Below, piece by piece: positions 11,442-22,811 of a stretch of DNA of 64,000 bases. The notes beneath the pieces were generated by a model. The model was not told the origin of the DNA. It did not search any database and worked only from the letters and a program-made list of their open reading frames with translations. The DNA is from Phaeosaccion multiseriatum (Eukaryota; Protista; Ochrophyta, other classes), in the NCBI GenBank assembly GCA_965112735.1, contig OZ218953.1, forward strand, positions 3,534,001-3,598,000, written 5' to 3'. The number at the start of each line of letters is the position of its first letter. The stretch's first letter is position 1. The position numbers and the translations under genes are program-made.

Positions 11442-12335
11442 CGTGAGCACCTCATTCCCGTACCGCATGCTGCCCTTGGTCTCCTCCAGCCGCAGCCAGT
11501 CATCAGGTGCCAGTGGGATCTGTCGCTTGAGCTGACTCAGAGAGGACAGCTTGGGCTGCTGACGAATCACCTCCCGGGCACGTTCAAGCAGATCGTCAGT
11601 GTTCCACCTAGTACCATCCGTCGCATGGGAAAGGAAAGGAAAGGGAAGCAACGGTGCGGCGCGTGTGAGTACTTGTGAGCACATGCAGTTCGAAGGCGGG
11701 AAAGACTCTGGTGGGGTGAGCTTCATGGGGAAAACGACCGGAACAAACTCTGCCTGCCCCCCCCCCTCCCCCAATGGGCCCTCCCCCTTGGGGACCCCAC
11801 GCCCCTGGGTCCTTCCTTCTAACACCTGAAACTCACAGGAGGATGCCGACGATGGTGTCTCCTCTTAGGTAGTACACGATGCCCCTCCCGTAGGGGTCCC
11901 TCGCCTTGGGTTGCTGGTTAGGAGGAGCGGGAGGGGGCAGGGAGGGAGAGAGGCAGAGGGAAGGGGAAGAGGAGTTGAGGGAGGACAGGGGAGGAATGAG
12001 GGAGAGAGGCAGAGGGAAGGGGAGGAGGGGTTGAGGGAGGACAGGGGAGACCCCTTGCAAGGTGGGAGAGACAACAGACGGACCACACCCACCCACCCAC
12101 AGCCCCGCGTCAACCTCCCCCTAGTCCTCCTCCCCTCGCGGCCTCTGCCCATACGCCTGCCCGTCCGCCTCTTGTTCGCTTATTATTAGAGTGGGCAAGC
12201 AAGGCCAGCAAGCAGCACCATAGTGTACCTTGAAGCCCTTCACCGACGGGACAGAGGCGGCGCCGATCGCTGCCCCCTTCGACGCCCCAGCGACAGCCAC
12301 GCGTTCTGCAGGCGCCCCAGCCGGAGGCAAGCCCT

Positions 12336-12382
<47 letters not shown>

Positions 12383-12531
12383 CCCTTGCTGCTGCTGCTG
12401 CTGCTCCTGCTGCTGCTGCTGCTCGAGAGGAGCGTGGGTGCTTGTGTGGTCCGGCCCTTCCCCGCAGTGACCCACATGCCCACGGTGCGGAGCCGAGCGT
12501 CGATCTCGCCAATGCCTGTGGACGTGTGGGG

Positions 12532-12562
<31 letters not shown>

Positions 12563-14876
12563 TGACAGGAAAAGATTAGGGTAAATTGGAGCACAGCACA
12601 GCACAGAGCGCGTGAGTGAGTGAGTGAGTGGGTGAGGGAGTGAGGGAGTGAGGGAGGGTGTGCATGAGCGAATGCGCCGCTAAAGCGGGGGAGGGGGATG
12701 GTAGTGGACGTGCTGCACTGGGACTTGTTGGCTGGCTGCGTCGTGCACGAAGTCAATGAAATGGGTGTACCATTGGCTGCCATCTTCACTATTCCTGCCC
12801 ACATGCATTACCTTCGATGAGTACGTCAATCTCCTCCAGGTGGCTGCGCAGGATGGGTTGGTGCGTGTAGGGCCGGGGCTGCGGACCCTGCCAGGGGGAG
12901 GAGGCACTCCCGTTGAGCGAGGCGGCGGAGGAGGAGAAGTCGGCAAGGTGTGCGCTGGCCATGTTGTAGCCCTGTCGCATTGATGCAAGGAATGAGGGCA
13001 TTGCATCGGGGGCAAGCAAATGAGTGAGTGAGTGAGGGAGCGGAACACAAGGGTAAACAAGTGAGTGCGGCGGGGGGGGGGGGGGTTACGAATACGAATA
13101 GCTCACACGTTGAGCGTCCAAAAGTAAAGCGCTCCTCTACCTAACCTGCCTGCCCCTATGCCTGCCACGTGCCCTTACTCTTGCCCATATGCCTGCGTTA
13201 CCGTATGTCTGCCTGCCTCTCATACACCCACCGCGAGTAGGCCGCTGTTGACGCTGTGGTCGTATCTGTCGATGCGCCTCCTGCCCAGAGCGGGGTCGAA
13301 GTAGCTCGCCGCGCCCCCCGCTGCATACACCCCGTTGCCCGCCTCTAGCATGCTGTTCACCACGATGCCGCCTGGGCAGGGGGGAGGGGAGGGGATGGTG
13401 GTGAATGGGAGGAGATGGCAGTGGAACGGTCAGACGTCACGTCAAGGCAACACTCCCACGCACAAAGAGGGGGAGTCGAATTCTCGTTCTGTACCCTGTG
13501 CTTTGCTCACTCACTCAAGTCACTGCCTTACCGTTGTTCTGATCCAGCTCTAGCCCACTCTCCTTGGCCAGTTGGATATCCGCCTCGATGTGCGTCGACG
13601 CCAGCACGATGTAGTCCGTGGGTACAGACTGTTTGTCCAGGCAAAGGCAAAAGCAGGTTGCGGCCCGGGCGAACAGTTTCAATTGATTCGTCCTCCCGGC
13701 CGGTGCATTGTACCATTCCGAGTGTGATGTCACACACGCCCCTCCCTCCTCCGTCCCCCCCTCCTCCCCCTCTCCCCCCTCCTCCTCACCTCCTTCTCCC
13801 AGCCCTGCACAATGAGGGCGATTTTTCCATCGTCATAACTGAGTCGGAAGTCCGTTACAAGCTTCTCCTTGACAGCCCGTACGCCTTTCTTCTCCAACAG
13901 ACGCTGCACGTGCCTGGACAGGTAGGCAGGCAGGAGGCGCTGCATGGGGGAGCTCTCGGCGTAGACTTGAGACACCACGAGGTTGGGCGTGGCATCGCCC
14001 TGCTGCTGCTGCTTGCTCCCCTGCTTGTCCTTCGTGCTGCCCTGCTTAGTATCCTGGTTGGAGCCCTGCTGCAAGTGCCGTGACCGTGTTAGAGTCGTAT
14101 CACATGCGGCAGTCCCAGGAGGGGTGGGTGGGGGGCGTGGGGGAGTGTTCGTCAGTCAGTTCGTCAGTCCGTCAGTCAGTCGGTCCGCCAGTCTGTCAGT
14201 CCGTCAGTCCGTCAGTCAGTCCTTCAGCCAGTCCGTCCGTCAGTCAGTCAGTCCTTCAGTCAGTCAGTCAGTCAGTCAGTCAGTCGGTCAGTCAGTCAGT
14301 CAGTCAGTCAGCCAGTCAGTCAGCCAGTCAGTCAGCCAGTCAGTCAGTCAGTCCATCAGTCCGTGAGTCTGCAGCTCAGGAAGAGCGGCCAAACAAAGCA
14401 AGGTTGGAGCGCGTTCGTCCGTGCCCTCCCTGCCCATGAGACTAACGACCCAAATAAGGCCTGTCTGATCACTGCCTCCTCACACCACCACCCTCCCTCT
14501 CCACGTCCGTACCTGGGTCCTCCTGGCGAGGGCCAGCGCAATTTCGGACCCCAAAAAGCCCCCCCCAATGACGGTGATGTGCTTGGTGCGGTCCCGCTCC
14601 TTCCCCTCGCCCCCCCCCTCGCCCCCCTCCTCCTGCTGCGTGTGTATGCCGCCGCCCCCGCCAACGTCCTGAAATCCCCCCTGAGCCTTGGCTGCGAGGC
14701 GCTGGAAGTCCTCCACGCTGCCGAGGGTGTTGAGTGATTCGTCAAGCAGCTGAAGGGCTCTGAGTCAAGGCAGTCGGGGAGGACCCCGAGTGGAGGAGTG
14801 GAGCAAGGAAGGGGATAGGGGGGGGGGGCTGGTAAGGACGGACGGAGATGCGTCTTTCTCTGTATCTCTGCATCTC

Positions 14877-14920
<44 letters not shown>

Positions 14921-16685
14921 CGCCTGACGGTGAGAGCTCCGCCCAACAGGCAGACGGAGGCCCACGGAGGCCTACAGAGAGAGAGATCCCTGCCTCACCT
15001 CGCGCTGTCGAGCACATAGAACTTGCGCGGCTTCCCCGGGGGGGCGAGCAGGCATTTGCTGTAGTATACACGAGTGGAGCCGTCCAGCACCACGCAGTGC
15101 TGCAGGGGTGAGGAGGGAGAGAGAGGCGCGCAGTGTCTGCGTCAAGGGAGGCGGGGGGCAAGGCGGCAGGGGAGGGCGTCCTAGACTACGACTACCACTA
15201 GTCCTCTAGCTAGTTTTACTCCTTATGGTCCGCGCTCAGTGTGTGTGCGTTTGTGTGCGTGTGTATGCGTGTGTGCGTGCGTGCGTCTCCCCCCCCCCTC
15301 CTGGCACGCCCTCGATTGAGGTTTCCGGTGCGTGACAAACGCAAAAGTATGACTGAGGAAGTCAGAGAAAGCGACAGACAGGGACACGTGTATGCGACAA
15401 CTCCCACCACCATACGCTACACCAAACCTCACCCTCACCGCCCTCCACCCCGCACCACGTACATTCTCCTGATCGATGCGGAGGTTCTTCTTGTACAGCA
15501 GCGACACGCCTCTCGAGGGGGAGTGCCCTTCCGCCGCCTGCAGGGGCACACTCCCGCCCACGTCCCGATTGATGTGCCTTCTCCACTCGTTGTAGGCGTG
15601 GCGCAGGTCCTGAGGCATGGCCGAGAAAGACATGTAAGGAGCGTCATCCGCCTCGGGCGCGTCGCTGCCCATCCACTGCGGGGGGAGCTCGTCGTTGATG
15701 ACGAGAATGTCCGCGTCTTTTGATGGTGATGGTGACGAAACAGGAGGAGAGGGGGGGGGGGGGGCGGGGAGGGGAGGAGAAGGAAGAGGAGGAGGGGGTC
15801 AGGCAGGGGCAGCGAGTGCCCGCTCAAGCATCGAAGCCGCGCTGGGAAACAAGCACACGCGACACGTGTGCCGGCCTCAGGCTCGCTAGCCATTCCGGCC
15901 ACTGCCTCCCGTCGGGGGTTGGTAGAGCAGGAGAGACGCATGCCCCTCTCAGGCGGGACCTTACGCGACGCACCTGGCTGCACCATGCGGATGGACTCAA
16001 TGGCCGCGTTCGCCGTGGTGCCACAGCCAACAATAACGTAGCTGTAGGACTTGTGGGGCTTCGTGATGATGGTGGGCATGCCCCCCCCGCCGCCCTCCAG
16101 CACATCTCCCTCCACCACTGACTCGTCGTCTGCGGTGTCGTAGCCGCTGCCGCTGCTGCTACTGACACTGGACTCTGCGGAGACTGTTGCAAGGACAGCC
16201 GCGCCTGCCATCGCTGCGAGGCCGCCGAGAAAGTGCCGAGAAGAAGAGCCGTATGAGCCAGACCGCCCCTCCCTTCCTCCTCCTCCTCCTCTTCCTCCTC
16301 CTCCTCCTCCTCCCTCCCCTCCTCCCTCCCCTCCTCCCTCTCCTGCTCCTTCTGCTGGTGGTAGTGGCGCCCTCATCAAGGGCGATACGGCCGGGCATGA
16401 CGTACTCATGGCCCTTCCTCGCTTTCCTGTCCCACTGCAGATTCTACTTCCTCCCTTGCAGTTGTTGTTGGAGGCGGATACAGACTTGAAGCTCCTCCTG
16501 CTGCTAATGCCAGCGCTGCTGACACTGCCGCCGCCTTTGCCATGGCCGAGGCAGTGAGGAGAGCTTCGAGGGAGGCATGACTGCGTCGATCCGCCTGCAG
16601 TAGAGGCGGCGCTCCCCCCCAGCGGCCGTCCTCTTTGTGTTGTTCGCGAGGTTGCTAGCCTCGCTATTCGGCCGCTCGTGTGCAT
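11430..16685 (-). CDS. AIFM1: Apoptosis-inducing factor (AIFM1-like) mitochondrial flavoprotein, multi-exon, divergent active site
   Basis: Arg/Ser-rich presequence from ATG 16685, followed by a hydrophobic anchor. Motifs YVIVGCGTTANAA, ITVIGGGFLGSEIALAL, LPAYLSRHVQRLLEKKGV, LAKESGLELD..NGGIVVN, LGRRRIDRYDHSVNSG, GIGEIDARLRTVGMW, YGRGIVYYLRGDTIVGILLWN. Confidence 0.85.
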
Positions 16686-17372
16686 ATTTTTACGCACAAA
16701 CTTCCCCAGATAGCTCCCCAGGCTAGCAGGTGGCTTGGGCTATATGGCATATGGCCTTGGGCACATGGTATATTCTTTTTCCTGCTGCTCTTTATCCTCC
16801 TGCTCGGTTCAAGCCCAGCTAATCTTACGTAATTTCGCTGACTTATTATCCTTCACCTCCCTTCCCTCCCTTTCCATCTCACCCAATTCTCTCCCCCTCT
16901 CCCTCCCTCTCATTTGGTAAGTGGGCTACACTGCTCTGGCTGCTGCTATTGATTCTGCACGCTTCTGATGAGCTCGTCCCTCGCTCTCCCTCTTCTCTCC
17001 TTCTCTTCTGCTTCTCCTTCCACTTTTTTCCCCTTCTTCCCCTGCCCGCTACCTTTCTCGTGCAAGTGCTCCCTCATCTGCAAAAAAAAGGCGGCCGAAA
17101 GCAGATGCATTCCCGATGACCAAGGAATTCAACAGCTGGCGGGCTGCAGGTGAGAAGAGGACTTCCCCTTCCGTCCTCGCTCTACCTCTCTCCCCGCCTC
17201 TTCCTCTCGTACACACACACACACACACACACTCCCTCTGTCCTCGCCCCCTCCTCTCTCTCGCACTCTCTTTCTGCTTCTGTTGCACCATGTAATACAT
17301 GCCCATTGGTTGACTCGCAGAAAACAGGTGTCGCCCGACTTGAGTGTCACCCAGGACGTGGGCTGAAGGCTC

Positions 17373-20300
17373 ATGGACTACAACTACCGCTCACCTCCGC
17401 CTTCAGAACACGAATACAACTACCGCTCCCCTACCCGGTCAGACCACGAGCCGCTGCTGAAGGATGCGGAGCACCTGGAGTCAGGTACAGGTGCAGGGCG
17501 GGGACGGAGGGGGGGAGGGGGGGGGGGTGCCAGGGAACACGCCCGAGAGCACAGCATCAGCGCTGGAGGGGATGGGGGCCCAGCCTCCTCCACCTCAGTG
17601 GCGACTGTGAGTAGGAGGCTTCACTCGTCCATCACCCCCAAGGAGGGAGCCGCCGGGGCTGCCGCACCCAGGGGCGTGACGCACACGTCCGGGGGGCGGG
17701 AGGGGCAGCAGCAGCAGCCGCCGCCGCAGAAGCAGCAGTTTGCGATCCAGCACCAGCAGCAAAATTCGCAGCAGAAGCCAGCCGCGCGCCGTCCTGTGTA
17801 TGAGCACCCCTGCTTCATGCGCTTCGTTGTGGCGCTGGTGCTGGCGATTGGGTTCACCCCCATTGTGATGAAGCTGGAGAGGGACGGAGAGGAGCTGCAC
17901 GAAATGCGCTATCACAACACCAAATACAGAGACATGAACCCCCATATGGAGCACGTTAACATTGGCTCCCTTATTGGCTACTACTGCCACGCGCCCTTCC
18001 CCGGGTCGCTGGACGGCCTCAACCACACCGTGCCCCAGGACGGAACGCTCCTCCAAGTGCAGGTCCGTTAACAGTTTCAGTTTCAGTTGGTAGTGATCCG
18101 TCCGGGGCGGCCTTTGCCTGCGACTGACTGACTGGCTGACTGACTGACTGACGGGCTGGGGATCCGCAGGTTGAGAGCGAGGGAGCGTCGTCAACTCGCT
18201 CTCTGCCCTCTAAGTCACTGTCAATCGCTCTCTCCGTGCTCGTATCTGGGCTGTGCTGGGTTGATATCTCTGCTCTTTTCTTGCCTCTCGTCTGCGTGGC
18301 TCAACTCTTGAGTACCACCATTGCTCTTCCGCCACTCTTAACATACTCCGACATCATGCTCTGGCCACTCCAACAGGCGATCACTCGCAACGGAGACCGA
18401 GCCCCGCGCCACGCCTTCCCATACGAGGACACAACGTGGCTGTGCGAGGCCGGGGAGATGATGACGGATGCCGACCTCAACGATTTCCCCACGCGGGTAC
18501 GGCGAGACAGAGACGAGCCGCCCGTATTTCGTATCGACGGGCTGTGGCAGGGCAACTGCGCCAAGGGAGACCTGACGGAGCGGGGTTACACGCAGCATTA
18601 CATGCTCGGGCAGGCGCTTGCCCTCACGTACTCGACCTACCTGGCCATCAGGTGGGCGCTGCTGGGCTGTGGCATGGAAGGGGGCATACAAGGGGCCATG
18701 TATGCACACATGCTTACATTCACTTGTGGGGTGTGTAGGCCTTTTCTGAAACGGCTGGCTGCTGAACAACGACCCCCCCCCCCCCCTCCTACCTCTCTCA
18801 CCGCCCTGCCCATACGCCTCTGCTCAGCCCGTCCAACACGTACGTGCGAGCGATAGACACGCCTTCCTCTGTGGCATCTGTCAAGGCGCTGGTGCAGGGA
18901 GTGCTCACCCTGAGCGTCGAGAGCGGCGCCGTGAGCATCAACACAGCCATAGACCCCCTTCACGACTATCTCGTGCCGCAGCCGCAGACCTGCAGAGCGC
19001 TGGGCGCCCTGTTCGAGGAGATGAAGGGTGAGAGAGGGGGCGAGGGAGGGTGTGGAGGGCAAAGGGAGGGGGGTTGCAAGGGGGAGGGGGAGGGGGAGGG
19101 GGAGGGCGTCAACGAGCCAGTTGACAGGGGGCTGGAACACATTGCGTTGAAGGGGAGGGGGGGAGCGATGTGCACGAAGGGGAAGGCCAACGCACTGACT
19201 GGACTCCCTTTGCTATTCTTGCCTCTGACTCCTTTTCTTGCCTCTGCCTCGCCTGTCCCCGCCTGCTGCCGTCACTACAATCTCCGGCCGTCGTTGCCGG
19301 GCTTACAGGGAGCCCTTTGTGGAAGAGCAACGTATCCCCCCCGGAGCGGCCCACGCTGTTGCACGACTTGGCGCAACGCACGGGCATAGACTTGGTGTGT
19401 GTATGTGTGTGTGTGCGCGCGTGTGTGCGTGTGCGTCTGTGGTGTGTATTTGTGTGTGTACGTGTGCATTTGTGTGTGTATGTGTGTATGTGTGTATGTG
19501 TGTGTGCGTGTGTGCGTGTGTGTGACCCATCGCTATGAGGGGGGGGGGGGCAGCGCGCATTCCTCCGCTCTCCCTCGCCCTGTGTGTCTGTGCTTTGTGC
19601 TTTGCCTCTGTATTTTTTGGGCGGCATGTCCCGTGTCGCTCCAGACGAGCTTCACTCCCTCCCTCCCTCCCTCCCTCCCTCCCTCCCTCCCTCCCTCCCT
19701 CCCTCCCTCCCTCCCTCGAGACTGTCGAGACAGAGCTCACTCTCTCACGTTCTTCAGCGTCACACGTGCCCACGCCGTGCATATGCGCCCCTCCTTCCCT
19801 CCACGCCCGCAGCCGCTGAGTCATACTCTCTGCTCTGTTTGTGCTCATTGCATTCGTGCGTCCTTCCTTGCCTGTTTCCTTTGGCTCATTCCTGCCTCGT
19901 ATCTGCTGCCCCCTCCTTGCCACCTCCTTCTCCTCCTTTCCCTCCTTTCCCTCCTTCCCCTCCTTTCCCTCCTTTCCCTCCTTCCCCTCCTTCCCCTCCT
20001 TTCCCTCCTTTTCCTCCTTTCCCTCCCTCCCCTCCTTTCCCTCCTTCCCCTCCTTTCCCTCCTTCCCCTCCTTTCCCTTCTTTCCTTCCCCTCCTCGCCG
20101 CCTCCTCCCACAATGCGTGGCTCCTGCCCTCGTTGCGGGTTGTGTGTGGTGCCATGCATGCAGGTGAAGGGGTGGAGCGACGAAGAGCGCGCTGTCTGGG
20201 TCAGCACATACGAACACTTCTTCGACAATCTGCACAGCAGGGACTGCCACGAGAAGCCCTTGCCTTGCGAGAGCACCCGTCAGAGGCAGAGGCAGGAGGA

Positions 20301-21816
20301 GGTGGCAGCAGCAGCAACAGCAGCAGCAGCAGCAGGGGCGGCAGGGGCGGCCGAAGAAGCAGGGGGGTGGAAGCGACGGAAGGCTGAAGATGAGGTCATC
20401 GCTGGTGGTGGTGATACTGTGACGGAGTCGACGCAGGACAAAGGCAAGCCGGGTGGTCGAGGATCGCGAGTGTTGCAAACTCGCATAGAACGCGGAGGGA
20501 AAGTGGGAGGAGGAGGAGGAGGAGGAGGAGGAGGAGGAGGAGGGGGGGGGGCAGGCGATTGGAAGGAGGAGGCGGGGGAGCAGCGCACGAGAAAGAGAGG
20601 CCCTCACCTTCCCCCTCCTCCCGACATCCCCAATGAAGGGGAGGAGAAGGAGGAGGAGGTCGCAGGCGGGCCGTCAGAGAGGGAGGGAGGGGGAGGGGGG
20701 CCGCTGAGATGCGTGAGCGATGCGGAGAGGGACGCGGTGTTCGCGGGCGGGCAGTGGGAGATCAAGTATAAGTACTCCGGCTTTAAGCAGCTCGCAGTGG
20801 CGCGTCTGGCTGCAGGGCCGCTGCTGGCGGTAAGTAGCGGAGAGGAACCGTTGGGGGCTGGGGGGCGTGTGTGTGTGTGTGGATTTGTAACGTCTACAAC
20901 ACTGAAACTGAAACTGAATCTGGAACTTTGTGCTGCTGCTCTTGCCCTGCCCTGCCCTGTGCCCCCTTCTGCCCTCCCCCCCAGGAGCTGCTGAAAAACA
21001 TAGACCTGGCCGTCGACAATGAGGAGTCCTACCTCGCGGGGGGCAGCAGCGACGCGCTGGAGCAGATGCGCGTGTACTCAGGCAACAAGGACACCGTCGC
21101 GTCGCTGCTCGGGGCCTTGCAGGTGGGTCGGTGGGCAAGAGAGCGGCGGAAGGGCTGAATGACTGGTAGACGGGCTGGCTCACTAGCGGGCTGACTGACT
21201 GACTGACGGACTGGCTGACTGACTGACTGACCGACTGACCGACTGACTGACTGACTGACTGACTGACTCCTTGCCTGACTGCGTCCAATGCCGTCGTTTG
21301 TTGTCGCGCAGGTGGAGGAGTGGACGTGGCCCCCATATGCTTCTAACCTGGTGCTCGAGCTTTGGGCGGACAAAGAAGCCGGCAGCTCCTCGCACACCGT
21401 CAGGGTAGGTGAAGGGCGGGGCGAAGCGAGGGGGGGGGGGCGGGGCAGGGGGGGACGTGTGGCGCGAAGGTTTTCGTGTACGTTCTCTTGTCTTCCGGTG
21501 TGTCTTTCGGCCTCTTCCCCCCCCCCCCCTTCGGCTCATCGCCACAAAAAGACGAAAGGGAAGGTTGGCTGCATCTAAGTCGTACCGCCCCCCTTGTTCG
21601 TCCCCCCCACAGCTCATGTACAACGGACAGAGCACACAGATGGGCTTCTGCGAGAGCATTCACTGCCCGCTGGTGGTGTTCAGGGAGTACCTGCACACCA
21701 ACCTCCTTCCACGGAGAAGGGAAGGAGAGGAAGGCAAAGAGGGGGGGGACGCCTGGGAGAGCGGTGCAGAAGGGGGCGGAGGCGGTTTGGCGCAGTGGTG
21801 CAACGAAGGGCTGTGA
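17373..21816 (+). CDS. Type II membrane histidine acid phosphatase (branch 2)-like protein lacking catalytic residues. Exons 17373-18062, 18377-18651, 18828-19027, 19309-19394, 20164-20829, 20985-21122, 21312-21404, 21613-21816
   Basis: TM segment FVVALVLAIGFTPIVM. Motifs LLQVQAITRNGDRAP (cf. RHGxRxP), GDLTERGYTQHYMLGQAL, CHEKPLPC, RVYSGNKDTVASLLGAL (cf. YSGHD), WPPYASNLVLELW, VRLMYNG, CPL..F. Confidence 0.8.
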
Positions 21817-22519
21817 TGACTGGCGGGAAAAGGGCCCCAAGATCGGCCTGAGAGCGACTTTCAGCTGGCGACGAGCCCTCCTTTGCACGAGCAAGGTTTC
21901 TGCCTTGGGAGGTTACTTCGCGTAGAAGCGAAGCAGTGGTGTGCGTACATCGATGGCAGTCCATCGTCCATACACGAAGGAGGCGCAAAGCTCTCCGGAG
22001 AGACAAGAGAGGGAGACAGAGAGAAAGAGAACGACATCGCCAATACCCAGGCTGGAGGCTGTATCACCACGCAAGCAGGCCTCTCCCACGCCCTCTGTGG
22101 AGGACGTTGGCGGCAGCCACAAGGCCGCCGTTGCTTCCGCTCTGCCCTGCCCGTTGTTCTTGGAGCGAGAAGAGCTCTTTGAGCTGTGTGGGTGCGTGCC
22201 TGTGCATTCAGCACCCGGGAGGGCCGCTGTCTGTCGCTTCTATCGTCAGCTCTCGAGGAAGGAGGGAAGCACATGGGCAGCAGGTGGTTGATACAGCAGT
22301 CGGTGAGAGCAGCGGCATGATGAGCATGAGCTCCAAAAGCGTCTGAGGAGGGGGGATCCTAGTCCCCAGGCGGAAGGTTGGGCTACGCGTAGACTAGTGC
22401 CAGGAGCATCCCCTCCTCCTCCTTTTAGTGCAACAGAGGCAGCACACACACACGCGCAGTTGGGCTAGCTAGCCAGCCAGAGGGAGGGTATATCCAGCCA
22501 GCCAGGGAGGGTATACTTT

Positions 22520-22560
22520 ATTGACTTAATAGGAATCACCTAAGAAACTGAAAGTGTGAA
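22520..22560. repeat. 41-bp dispersed repeat, copy 1
   Basis: attgacttaataggaatcacctaagaaactgaaagtgtgaa, identical to 63081-63121. Confidence 0.9.
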
Positions 22561-22811
22561 AGTGTGTGTGTGTGTGTGTGTGTGTGTGTAGGGTTGTCGG
22601 GAAGCTCTTACAAATGGCACGCGGAGAACCACCCTCGACGGTTGCGAGGGAGGACTCCCATTTTTTTTTTCTCTCCTCATCCTCTGACAGCTCCATGAGC
22701 TCATGTTCACCCCCCCTACTTTCCCCTCCCTATCTTGGATGAGGGGATCTGGGGGAAGGGAATCCATCCTTGCCTGTCTGCTGCTGAGGGCGGCAGTACG
22801 CCGCTGTGAAA

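Noticed and set aside
14923-14998. Possible 27-nt micro-intron plus GC-donor mini-exon in AIF
   Set aside because: A single ordinary intron (14998-14760) gives an in-frame, AIF-like join without it.
21817-22182. Reading frame stays open for about 120 codons after the TGATGA of the phosphatase-like gene (possible read-through or selenocysteine)
   Set aside because: Double stop, no recognisable domain or SECIS, and open frames of this length are common at this GC content.
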